A stretch of 64,000 bases of DNA from Gemmatimonadota bacterium. GTDB taxonomy: Bacteria > Gemmatimonadota > Gemmatimonadetes > JACCXV01 > JAHWKZ01. Shown piece by piece: positions 51,215 to 59,371 of the stretch. The DNA is taken from NCBI GenBank assembly GCA_035711625.1, contig DASTCA010000022.1, positions 21,039 to 85,038 on the forward strand, in the 5' to 3' direction. The notes beneath the pieces were generated by a model that had not been told where the DNA came from, did no database searches, and saw nothing but the letters and a program-made list of their open reading frames with translations. Positions within the stretch are counted from its first letter, which is position 1. The number at the start of each line of letters is the position of its first letter. A program made the translations under genes and the position numbers.

Positions 51215-52639
51215 ATGTTCGGCCGGGCCATGCCGCTCGACCTCCACGACCCCACTCAACGCGTCTACAGCGATGTCCTCGAAGGACTTGGAAATACACC
51301 GCTGATTCGCCTCAACCGCGTCACGCGCGGGATTCGGACTCCGGTCTACGCGAAGGCCGAATATCTGAGCCCCGGTGGCAGCGTAAAGGACCGGATCGGA
51401 CTGCCGATCATCGAGGCGGCTGAGAAGGCCGGTCACCTCGCCCCCGGCGGCACGATCGTCGAGGCTACGGCCGGAAACACGGGGCTCGCACTCGCGATCG
51501 CGGCGGCGATCAAGGGCTACCGCTGCGTGTTCGTGATGCCGGACAAGATGAGCCTCGAGAAGCAGCGACTGCTCAAGGCGTTCGGCGCGCGGATCGTCGT
51601 CACGCCGACAGCCGTACCGCCGGATCATCCGGACTACTATCTGAACACCGCTCGCAAGATCGCGGAGGACACGCCGAACTCTATCTTCGCCGACCAGTTC
51701 TACAATCGGGCGAACACCGACGCGCATTACGCCACGACCGCACCCGAGATCTGGGAGCAGACGGAGGGCCGGATCTCGGCGTTCGTGGCCGGCATGGGAA
51801 CCGGCGGCACGATCAGCGGCGTCGGCCGTTACCTGAAGGAGCAGAATCCAGCGGTGCGCGTCGTGGGCGCCGATCCCGTGGGCTCGATCCTCAAGCGCTA
51901 TAAGGAAACGGGCGAGATCGGCGAAGGGAAGACGTACATGGTCGAGGGAATCGGCATGGACAAGGTCCCCGCGACTCTCGACATCGAGTACGTCGACGAG
52001 ATCCGGAACGTCACCGACAAGGAGTCGTTCCAGATGGCTCGCCGGCTGACCCGCGAGGAAGGTCTGTTCGTCGGGGGATCGTCCGGGACGATCACGCACG
52101 TGGCGCTCCAGCTGGCGCGCGAGCTCGACGATCCGGAAGGCTGTGTGGTCACGATGCTCTGCGACGTGGGCGAGCGGTACCTGTCGAAATTCCATTCCGA
52201 CGAGTGGATGCGGGAGAACCGGATGCTGGAGGACGAGCGGGTCGAAGTCGCCTACGTCCTCGAGCGGAAGGCGCGCGGCGAAGCTCCCCCCCTGATCGCG
52301 ATCGAGGGCGGCGCGACAGTGCGCGAAGCGCTCGAGCTGATGGAGAAGTACAACGTCAGCCAGATCCCGGTGATCGAGCAGATGGAGCAGCTGGGCAGCC
52401 TGTCCGAGGGGACGCTCCTGAGTCGGGTCCTGGCCGAGCCGCAGGCGATCGACAAACCCCTGTCGGACTTTCTCGAGCCGCCGTTCCCGACGGTGGACGA
52501 GACGGCCAGCATGAAGACCGTCATCGGGCATCTCACGGGCGGGGGCCACGCGCTCCTGGTGTGCAGGGGCCGACAGTTCGTCGGCATTCTGACAAAGTTC
52601 GATGTCCTGCACTTCGTGACGAATGGCGGCGGAAGATGA
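51215..52639 (+). CDS. cystathionine beta-synthase-like PLP enzyme with C-terminal CBS pair
   Basis: CysK/CBS fold with PLP lysine (SVKDRIG), the GNTG loop, GMGTGGT and GSSG. C-terminal tandem CBS domains (VSQIPVIE ... FVGILTKFDVLHF). Confidence 0.75.
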   Translation: MFGRAMPLDLHDPTQRVYSDVLEGLGNTPLIRLNRVTRGIRTPVYAKAEYLSPGGSVKDRIGLPIIEAAEKAGHLAPGGTIVEATAGNTGLALAIAAAIKGYRCVFVMPDKMSLEKQRLLKAFGARIVVTPTAVPPDHPDYYLNTARKIAEDTPNSIFADQFYNRANTDAHYATTAPEIWEQTEGRISAFVAGMGTGGTISGVGRYLKEQNPAVRVVGADPVGSILKRYKETGEIGEGKTYMVEGIGMDKVPATLDIEYVDEIRNVTDKESFQMARRLTREEGLFVGGSSGTITHVALQLARELDDPEGCVVTMLCDVGERYLSKFHSDEWMRENRMLEDERVEVAYVLERKARGEAPPLIAIEGGATVREALELMEKYNVSQIPVIEQMEQLGSLSEGTLLSRVLAEPQAIDKPLSDFLEPPFPTVDETASMKTVIGHLTGGGHALLVCRGRQFVGILTKFDVLHFVTNGGGR

Positions 52640-53040
52640 AGCGCGCGCGACGTCGAGCCCGCGTAGCGATCGCCCTGGCGAGCGCGGTTGCCTGCAACGG
52701 CGGAGGCGGCCCGACGGGGGCCACACAGAAGCAGCTCGCGTTCACGCTCGCGGCCCCGATTTCGGTGCCCTCGAAGCAGGTGGTCGAGATCGAGGTCCAC
52801 GTGACGGAGGCCCGACTCGTCAACTACCCCCTCACGGTCACATTCGAGGAGGCCAACCTGAACGAGCCGTACGCGGTCGTCGCCTCGGTGCTCCTCCGGA
52901 AACCCGAGGACAGGCTCGCGCGGATCAACGAGGAGGCGGCTCGCGATCCGCTGTACCGGGTCACGATCACCGAAGCCGGTGGTGCCGCTGTGCTGAGCGT
53001 TTCCAGGACCGTGCAGGTCGACGTCCTCGACTTCCCCTGA
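52636..53040 (+). CDS. hypothetical lipoprotein
   Basis: ATG overlaps the CBS gene stop (ATGA). Signal peptide and lipobox (LASAVAC). No recognised domain. Confidence 0.45.
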   Translation: MKRARRRARVAIALASAVACNGGGGPTGATQKQLAFTLAAPISVPSKQVVEIEVHVTEARLVNYPLTVTFEEANLNEPYAVVASVLLRKPEDRLARINEEAARDPLYRVTITEAGGAAVLSVSRTVQVDVLDFP

Positions 53041-53050
53041 GGACGCGCGG

Positions 53051-53956
53051 GTGAGCGTCGACCGTTCGCGGCTGCTCACAGAGAGCGTCAATCCCCGAAC
53101 CGCGGACATCGACACGCTCGAGCCGCGCGCGATCCTCGATCGGATCCACACCGAAGACCTACAGGCCGTGACCGCGGTGGGGGAGGTCCTGGACCAGGTG
53201 GCCGCCGCTGTCGAGCGGGTCGTGCGCGCGTTTCGCGAGGGCGGGCGGCTGATCTACGTCGGCGCTGGCACGAGCGGACGGCTGGGTGTCCTCGACGCCG
53301 TCGAGTGCCCACCCACGTTCGGCACGGATCCGTCGCTGGTGCAGGGTGTCCTCGCGGGCGGACCGGAGGCGATGTGGCGCGCGCGCGAAGGCGCCGAGGA
53401 CTCCCCCGAGGATGGGGGCGCCGCGATCGCCGAGCGCGAGGTAGGCCCGCGAGACGTCGTCATGGGAATCGCGGCCGGGTCGACCACGCCGTTCGTCCTG
53501 GGAGCGCTGCGCGAGGCGATCCGCCGTAACGCGGGGACCGTCTTTCTGACTTGCGTCCCTCCCGCCGACGCACCGATCGCGCGCGAGGTGGACGTCGTCA
53601 TCGCGCCCCTCACCGGCCCCGAGGTCATCGCCGGCTCCACCCGCCTGAAGGCCGGTACGGCCACGAAGCTCGTCCTCAACATGGTGACGACGGCCGCGAT
53701 GGTGCGTCTCGGAAAGACCTACGGGAATCTGATGGTGGATCTCCAGGTCACCGCCGCGAAGCTCGAGGACCGCGGCCGTCGGATCCTGCGCCATCTGCTG
53801 GGGGTCGACTACGACGAGGCGGGGGCCTTGCTGGCGGAAGCCGGCGGCAGAGTGAAGACCGCGCTCGTCATGCGGCGGCGCGGCGTAGGGCGCGAGGAGG
53901 CGGAGCGGCTCCTGATCGAGGCGGACGGCTTCCTGCGGAAAGCATGGGGTGAGTGA
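53051..53956 (+). CDS. murQ: N-acetylmuramic acid 6-phosphate etherase
   Basis: GTG at 53051. SIS domain with the conserved MurQ N-terminus (LLTESVNPRTADIDTL ... LIYVGAGTSGRLGVLDAVECPPTFG) and the catalytic Glu region. Confidence 0.8.
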   Translation: MSVDRSRLLTESVNPRTADIDTLEPRAILDRIHTEDLQAVTAVGEVLDQVAAAVERVVRAFREGGRLIYVGAGTSGRLGVLDAVECPPTFGTDPSLVQGVLAGGPEAMWRAREGAEDSPEDGGAAIAEREVGPRDVVMGIAAGSTTPFVLGALREAIRRNAGTVFLTCVPPADAPIAREVDVVIAPLTGPEVIAGSTRLKAGTATKLVLNMVTTAAMVRLGKTYGNLMVDLQVTAAKLEDRGRRILRHLLGVDYDEAGALLAEAGGRVKTALVMRRRGVGREEAERLLIEADGFLRKAWGE

Positions 53957-53961
53957 GCGTG

Positions 53962-53986
53962 GGGGGCGCCCGACGGCGACGCCCCC
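53962..53986. terminator. bidirectional GC hairpin between convergent murQ and dodecin
   Basis: Stem gggggcg/cgccccc with an 11-nt loop in the 41-bp gap between the two stop codons. Confidence 0.35.
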
Positions 53987-53997
53987 GCACGGCCCGA

Positions 53998-54207
53998 TCA
54001 GCGATTCGTTTCGACCTCGAAGGTGATCTTCACGTTCACCCGATAGGCCGTGATCTCCCCGTTCTCGACCACGCCCTGCATGTTCTCCACGTAAACCGCC
54101 TTGATGCCCTTCACGGTCTCGCTCGCCTCGAGCACCGCCTTGCGGGCCGCGTCCTCCCAGCCCTTGTCCGACTGGGCCAGCACCTCGATGACCTTGTGCA
54201 CGCTCAT
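53998..54207 (-). CDS. dodecin-family flavin-binding protein
   Basis: ATG at 54207 (MSVHKVIEVLAQSDKGWEDAARKAVLEASETVKGIKAVYVENMQGVV..., 69 aa) matches the dodecin family pattern. The track ORF adds a 20-codon extension that contains a spurious T-loop-like hairpin. Confidence 0.6.
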   Translation of the reverse strand: MSVHKVIEVLAQSDKGWEDAARKAVLEASETVKGIKAVYVENMQGVVENGEITAYRVNVKITFEVETNR

Positions 54208-54299
54208 CCACACCTCCCGGTTCGGGTTCGAATCCCGAGCATACATGGAACGAGGTCGTGAGGGCACCGCTCGCCGGCGAGGCCGATCCGCGTGGGCGG

Positions 54300-54339
54300 G
54301 GGAGAAAAGCGAAAGCCCCCCTCCGGAGAGGGGGGCTTT
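54300..54339 (-). terminator. intrinsic terminator (minus strand) between divergent dodecin and anmK
   Basis: Perfect 12-bp stem aaagcccccctc/gaggggggcttt with loop cgga (54312-54339). On the minus strand it is followed by CGCTTTTCTCC. There is no U-tract in the plus orientation. Confidence 0.45.
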
Positions 54340-54509
54340 CTGACGCTACCACCGCGGGGCCGCGGTTGCTATTCGACGGCGGCAGCGTTTCCTGCAATCT
54401 GATACTCGCTCGTGCGCGCCGGGTTCCGGGCGTCGAGAAAAAAACCACGCAAACGCTTCCACCACGAAACGGGTTGGCCGGGTGGGACCGCCCGCCTACG
54501 TTGGGTCCG

Positions 54510-55799
54510 ATGCGGAAACCGACCGAGGACGGAAGCCGAAACGGACCGGGCACGGAGTGGCCCACGCCGATCGAGCGGCTGGCGAAGTCGCTTCGCCGCG
54601 AGGACGGCGTTCTGGTCCTCGGCCTCATGTCGGGCACGAGCGCGGACGGGGTCGACGGTGTCTGCTGTCGATTGTCGGGGAATGGAAAGTCGCTCCGCTG
54701 CGAGGTGCTGGGGTCGGCGACCCATCCCTACAGCGATGCGATTTCCGGCGCCCTTCAAAGGCCGGAGGAGTTGACCGCGCCAGAGGTCGCGCGTCTCTCG
54801 GTGGAGATCGGAGGTGTATTCGCCGACGTCGCCGGGGCAGCTGCGGCGACGGCTCGCGTCCGGCTGGACGACGTGGCGTTGATCGGCAGCCACGGCCAGA
54901 CCCTGTGGCACGATCCGCGCGGCGAGAGGGGCGGAGTCCGGTGCACGCTCCAGATCGGAGAGGCGGCGGAGATCGCCGAGCGGACGGGAGTCCCCGTCTG
55001 GCACGATTTCCGGACCGCCGACGTGGCCGCTGGCGGCGAGGGCGCCCCGCTCGTTCCCTACGCCGACTGGATCCTGTTCACGCTCCCTGACCGGTGGACC
55101 GTGTGCTTGAACCTGGGCGGCATCGCGAACGTGACCTTCCTGCCGCCCGGAGCGGACAGCGGGGACGTGACGGCTTTCGATACCGGACCCGGGAACATGG
55201 TCCTGGACGCCCTCGCCGGCCGGCTTCTCGGGGCGCGATTCGACCGGGACGGGGCGGGGGCCGAGGTGGGCACGATAGACGACGCGCGGCTCGCTGCCGC
55301 CCTCGCGGACCCTTACTTCTCTCTGCCGGCACCGAAGTCCACCGGCAGGGAGCGGTTCGGGCACGCCTGGACGGAACGGCATTTCGGCCCGCTGGACGGG
55401 CTCGAACATGCCGAGGCCTGCGGCCGGTTCGCGACCGCCGCCGCTTTGACGGTCGAGTCGGTCGCCCGAGCGCTCGACGGCGCGGCCGGACCGATGGTTC
55501 CCGACGACGCGCGCGTCCTCGTGTCGGGCGGCGGCCGCCGGAACCGGGCGCTCATGGCCGGGTTGCGGCGACGACTGGCCCCCCGCCACGTGCTTCCCGT
55601 GGATGAGGCCGGACTGGACGGAGACCTCAAGGAAGCCATCGCGTTCGCGGTCCTCGCCTACGAAAGCGCGCGGGGCCGCGCGGTGGCGCTGCCGGGCGCG
55701 ACCGGAGCCCGGCACCCCGCGCTCCTCGGGAAGCTGGCGTTTCCGCCGACCCCCGTCGGCGGGGGCTCCGAGATCGACGGAGCCGGGAGCGCGGGGTGA
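54510..55799 (+). CDS. anmK: anhydro-N-acetylmuramic acid kinase
   Basis: GLMSGTSADGVDGV (ASKHA phosphate-1 motif, as in AnmK), plus the DFR..D and GGG motifs. ATG at 54510 is the first in-frame ATG. The start is uncertain by about 40 codons because ATG 54628 is also possible. Confidence 0.75.
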   Translation: MRKPTEDGSRNGPGTEWPTPIERLAKSLRREDGVLVLGLMSGTSADGVDGVCCRLSGNGKSLRCEVLGSATHPYSDAISGALQRPEELTAPEVARLSVEIGGVFADVAGAAAATARVRLDDVALIGSHGQTLWHDPRGERGGVRCTLQIGEAAEIAERTGVPVWHDFRTADVAAGGEGAPLVPYADWILFTLPDRWTVCLNLGGIANVTFLPPGADSGDVTAFDTGPGNMVLDALAGRLLGARFDRDGAGAEVGTIDDARLAAALADPYFSLPAPKSTGRERFGHAWTERHFGPLDGLEHAEACGRFATAAALTVESVARALDGAAGPMVPDDARVLVSGGGRRNRALMAGLRRRLAPRHVLPVDEAGLDGDLKEAIAFAVLAYESARGRAVALPGATGARHPALLGKLAFPPTPVGGGSEIDGAGSAG

Positions 55800-57394
55800 G
55801 GTCCGATCGACGGGAGATCGGCGCGGCGTCCGCGGACGCCCTCTCGCCCGCGGAGCTCGCCGGCCAGCTCGTATGCGTCGCACTCCGCGACTATCGGGGC
55901 GCCGAGGCGGACCGCGACGCGTTCCTCGGCGGGGTCGACCGACACGGGTGGGGTGGGGTGATCGTCTTCGGGGGCGACCTCGCGGCGGTCGCCGATCTCC
56001 TCGCCGAGGCCCGCGATCGCTCGCCCATCCCGCTCCTCGTGACCGGGGATTTCGAGCGCGGCCTGGGCCAGCAGTTCCCCGATTCCGGAACCCGCTTCCC
56101 GTCCTTCATGGCGTTCGGAGCCGCCGGCGATCCGGCGCTCGCGCGAGCGGCCTGGACCGAGATCGGCCGCGAGCTCGCCGCGCACGGGTTCCACGTCGAT
56201 TACGCTCCGGTCGCCGACCTCGCGCTCGAGCCCGCGAACCCGATCGTGGCCGATCGCGCGGCCGCCGACGACCCGGAGCTCGCGGCGGCGATCGTCTCCG
56301 CGGCCGTGGAGGGACTCCAGGCCGCGGGTGTTGCGGCGACCGTCAAGCACTTCCCGGGGCACGGCAGGACGACGGTCGACAGCCACGAAGCGCTTCCCGT
56401 CGTCGACGCGGCGCGCGAGGAGCTCGAGGCCTCGGATTGGGTCCCCTTCCGGGCCGGGATCGCGGCCGGCGCGCGACTCGCGATGAGCGCCCACGTCGCA
56501 TTCCCGGCGCTCGAAGCGGATCGGGCTCGCGACCGCCCCGCCACATTCTCGCGGGCGATCTCGACCGGGATCCTGCGCGGGGAGTGGGGGTTCGAGGGCC
56601 TCCTTTGCAGTGACGCTCTCATGATGGGGGCCGTCACCGGGGAGGGTCCGGGCAATGTCGCGCGCCGCGCGCTGGAGGCCGGTATCGACTGGCTTCTCTA
56701 TCCCCCCGATCCCGCGCGCCTGCACGCGGAGCTGGCGGGGGCGCTTGGCTCGGACCCCGCGCTCAGGGAAACGTGCGTGCGTGCCGCCGGCCGCCTTCTC
56801 GAGCTCAAGCGTTGGGCGATCCGCGAGCCGTCACCGACCGGAGTCGCGATGTCCGCCGCCGCGCTGGCCGAAGCAGTGGCCGGCGCGGCGATCGTCGCCG
56901 ACCCGCCCGATCCGCCCCCCGGGGCCGCGTGGCCGGACCGCGCCCAATGGGTCGTGGTCCTGGACGGAGGCATCGGAATCGACGAGATCGTCTTCCGGGA
57001 CGAGCTCGCGCCCGCGGCAGCGAGCGAGCTGATCGTGATGGACACGGCGGCGGGGTCGGACGCCGTGGTCGAGGCCATCGCGACGGTGCGGGCGAAGTGC
57101 GCCCGCGCGTGGGTCGCGTGCGCGATCTTCAGCCCGGTCCGCGCGTGGAAGGGCCGCGCCGGGCTCTCCGCGGCCGCGCGCGAAGCCGCGCGCGCGGCGA
57201 CGTCGCAGGCGCGGGAATCGGTCTTGATCCTGCTGTCGAACCCACGTATCGTGAGCGAGCTGCCGGCCAAGTCCCGCATCGTCTGGACGTTCGGCGAAGC
57301 GGCCGCTAGCCAACGGGCCGCGCTCGATTTCCTGCGCGGCTCCCTGCCCCCACGCGGACGACTGCCGGTGCGGGTCTCGAGGGAACCGTCTTGA
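55796..57394 (+). CDS. nagZ: beta-N-acetylhexosaminidase, GH3 (NagZ-like, extended)
   Basis: GTG overlaps the anmK stop (GTGA). GH3 motifs KHFPGHG and the catalytic Asp region (LLCSDALMMGAV). Extra C-terminal domain. Confidence 0.75.
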   Translation: MRSDRREIGAASADALSPAELAGQLVCVALRDYRGAEADRDAFLGGVDRHGWGGVIVFGGDLAAVADLLAEARDRSPIPLLVTGDFERGLGQQFPDSGTRFPSFMAFGAAGDPALARAAWTEIGRELAAHGFHVDYAPVADLALEPANPIVADRAAADDPELAAAIVSAAVEGLQAAGVAATVKHFPGHGRTTVDSHEALPVVDAAREELEASDWVPFRAGIAAGARLAMSAHVAFPALEADRARDRPATFSRAISTGILRGEWGFEGLLCSDALMMGAVTGEGPGNVARRALEAGIDWLLYPPDPARLHAELAGALGSDPALRETCVRAAGRLLELKRWAIREPSPTGVAMSAAALAEAVAGAAIVADPPDPPPGAAWPDRAQWVVVLDGGIGIDEIVFRDELAPAAASELIVMDTAAGSDAVVEAIATVRAKCARAWVACAIFSPVRAWKGRAGLSAAAREAARAATSQARESVLILLSNPRIVSELPAKSRIVWTFGEAAASQRAALDFLRGSLPPRGRLPVRVSREPS

Positions 57395-57416
57395 ACCTTC
57401 TCCCCGCCTCGCGAGT

Positions 57417-58814
57417 ATGAACAAGCGCATGCCGATCCGGACCCGAGACATCGCGATGCTGCTCGCCAGCCTGCTGTGCGTGCTGGTCGTTTCCTCGACC
57501 GCGCACGCTCCACGCTCGATCCGCGCCCAATCCGTCCAGGACGACCTCTTCGCTGTGCCCGTCGGGCTCGAGCGCGCGGTCGACTTCTGGAAGCGGGTCT
57601 ACGGCGAGTGGAGTGAGCACGAGGTCACGTTTCACGATCGCGACGATCTGGGGATCGTGTATCGCACGATGCACCAGCAGAAGTCGGAGACACCGTCCGG
57701 CTACGCGGCGAACGAAGCGGCGCAGGAAGCGATCATCGATCGCTACCGCCGCATTCTGCTGGATCTGGCGACCCGGAATCCCGATCCGCGAACGTTGAGC
57801 GGCGAATACCTCGCGGTCCACCAGCTGTTCGGCGCCCAGGGGAACCCCGAGCGTTGGAGGCAGGCGGCGGATCGCATCCGCGTTCAGCGCGGGCTCAAGG
57901 AGCGGTTCCACCGCGGTCTCCTCCACGCGGGTCAGTATCGCGAGCACATTCTCGAGATCTTCCGTGAGGAGGAGATCCCCGAGGAGATCGCCTGGCTTCC
58001 CATGGTCGAGTCGACGTTCAACGTTGAGGCGCGCTCCAAAGTCGGAGCCGCCGGAGTGTGGCAGTTCATGCCCGGGACCGGGCGGCAATACATGCGAGTG
58101 GACGCCACGATCGACGAGCGGCTGGATCCGATCATCGCTGCGCGCGGCGCGGCGCGTCTCCTCCGCCACAACTACCAGGGACTGCGTTCGTGGCCGCTGG
58201 CACTAACAGCCTACAACCACGGGTACTACGGGATGCAGCGCGCGGTCCGCCAGCTGGGCACGAACGACTACATGACGATCCGCCGCCTGTACGACGGGCC
58301 GGCCTTCGGCTTCGCCAGCAAGAACTTCTACGCCGAGTTCCTGGCCGCGCTGCACGTCGCCGAGAACGCGGAGCAGTACTTCGGGATCCACGAGCCCTTC
58401 AAGACGCTCGAGTTCGACGTCGTGTCGATGCCGGTGTCGATGTCGCTGCGGGACGTGGCCAGCGCCGTCCAGGTCGACGCCACCCGTCTGTGGCAGATGA
58501 ACCCCTCGCTGACCGACGATGTCTGGGCGGGCAGGCGTTCGGTCCCGTCCGGATTCCGGCTGCGCGTTCCTCCGGGCTACGGCCGCGAGGCGCCGCTCCA
58601 GCTCGCCGCTTCCGCCGCGAGCCGCGACCCGCGCTCCTCCCGGCCCCCGACTCCCGCGGCGGAGGGTCCCCGCACCTACACCGTGCAGCGCGGGGACACG
58701 CTGACGTCGATCGCGACGCGCCACGGGATCTCCGTCGGTGAGCTGATCGCGCTCAACGACCTGGGTGATCGCGACGTCATCCGGGTCGGGCAGAGGCTGG
58801 TGCTGTCGCGGTAG
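57417..58814 (+). CDS. mltD: lytic transglycosylase (SLT/GH23 domain) with C-terminal LysM, MltD-like
   Basis: Signal peptide. SLT catalytic region (ESTFNVEARSKVGAAGVWQFMPGT ... AYNHG). C-terminal LysM (YTVQRGDTLTSIATRHG...LIALNDL). Confidence 0.7.
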   Translation: MNKRMPIRTRDIAMLLASLLCVLVVSSTAHAPRSIRAQSVQDDLFAVPVGLERAVDFWKRVYGEWSEHEVTFHDRDDLGIVYRTMHQQKSETPSGYAANEAAQEAIIDRYRRILLDLATRNPDPRTLSGEYLAVHQLFGAQGNPERWRQAADRIRVQRGLKERFHRGLLHAGQYREHILEIFREEEIPEEIAWLPMVESTFNVEARSKVGAAGVWQFMPGTGRQYMRVDATIDERLDPIIAARGAARLLRHNYQGLRSWPLALTAYNHGYYGMQRAVRQLGTNDYMTIRRLYDGPAFGFASKNFYAEFLAALHVAENAEQYFGIHEPFKTLEFDVVSMPVSMSLRDVASAVQVDATRLWQMNPSLTDDVWAGRRSVPSGFRLRVPPGYGREAPLQLAASAASRDPRSSRPPTPAAEGPRTYTVQRGDTLTSIATRHGISVGELIALNDLGDRDVIRVGQRLVLSR

Positions 58815-58832
58815 ACGGTCCGTCCGTGGGGG

Positions 58833-59279
58833 TCAGCCCTCACCCTCGGTCTCCGAGAACTCGACGGCCACGATCGCACGGCTCGTCAGCCAGGCGCGCT
58901 CCAGGTTGAGCGCGCGGCTCAGAGGGTCGGTCGGGAAGAGGAAGAAACCCGGCTGATCCGGCCGATAGTCGTAGGTGATCCCCACCAGCACCTCCCCCCA
59001 CGCGCTCGTGACGTTCAGGGACCGGCCACCGACGGAGGGCGGCTTGGGCATCGGAGCGAGATCGTCTTCAGGCTCGTAGCGGCGGCTGCGGTCGAACGCG
59101 AAGTCACGCACGAAGAACACCGCCAAGGTGTCCGCAAACTGGATCTCACGCCGTTCGCCCGTCTCGCCGGCGGGGCCGGCCAGGCGCAGATGGAAGGTCG
59201 GCTCGAGCGGATTGAAGACGCGCGAGTGCCCCTTGATCCGCGTGCCGTCCCCGAGCAGGACCACGATCCGGTTGTCCAT
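58833..59279 (-). CDS. hypothetical protein
   Basis: ATG at 59279 (MDNRIVVLLGDG). No recognised domain. The track ORF starts 13 codons upstream. Confidence 0.4.
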   Translation of the reverse strand: MDNRIVVLLGDGTRIKGHSRVFNPLEPTFHLRLAGPAGETGERREIQFADTLAVFFVRDFAFDRSRRYEPEDDLAPMPKPPSVGGRSLNVTSAWGEVLVGITYDYRPDQPGFFLFPTDPLSRALNLERAWLTSRAIVAVEFSETEGEG

Positions 59280-59371
59280 GGCGTTCACACTAGCCGCCTC
59301 GCGACTGCGCATCAACATCGCCCCGGGCCACCGGGCGATTTTGCGGACTCGACACTAGGTTTCGTCCGCCC

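Noticed and set aside
54222-54238. tcgggTTCGAATcccga, a perfect match to a tRNA T-stem/T-loop consensus, just upstream of the dodecin start
   Set aside because: No acceptor-stem pairing is possible between the flanking sequence and anything 55-75 nt upstream, and there is no D-arm or anticodon arm. It falls in the untranslated 5' leader of the dodecin gene, so it is a chance hairpin and not a tRNA or tRNA remnant.
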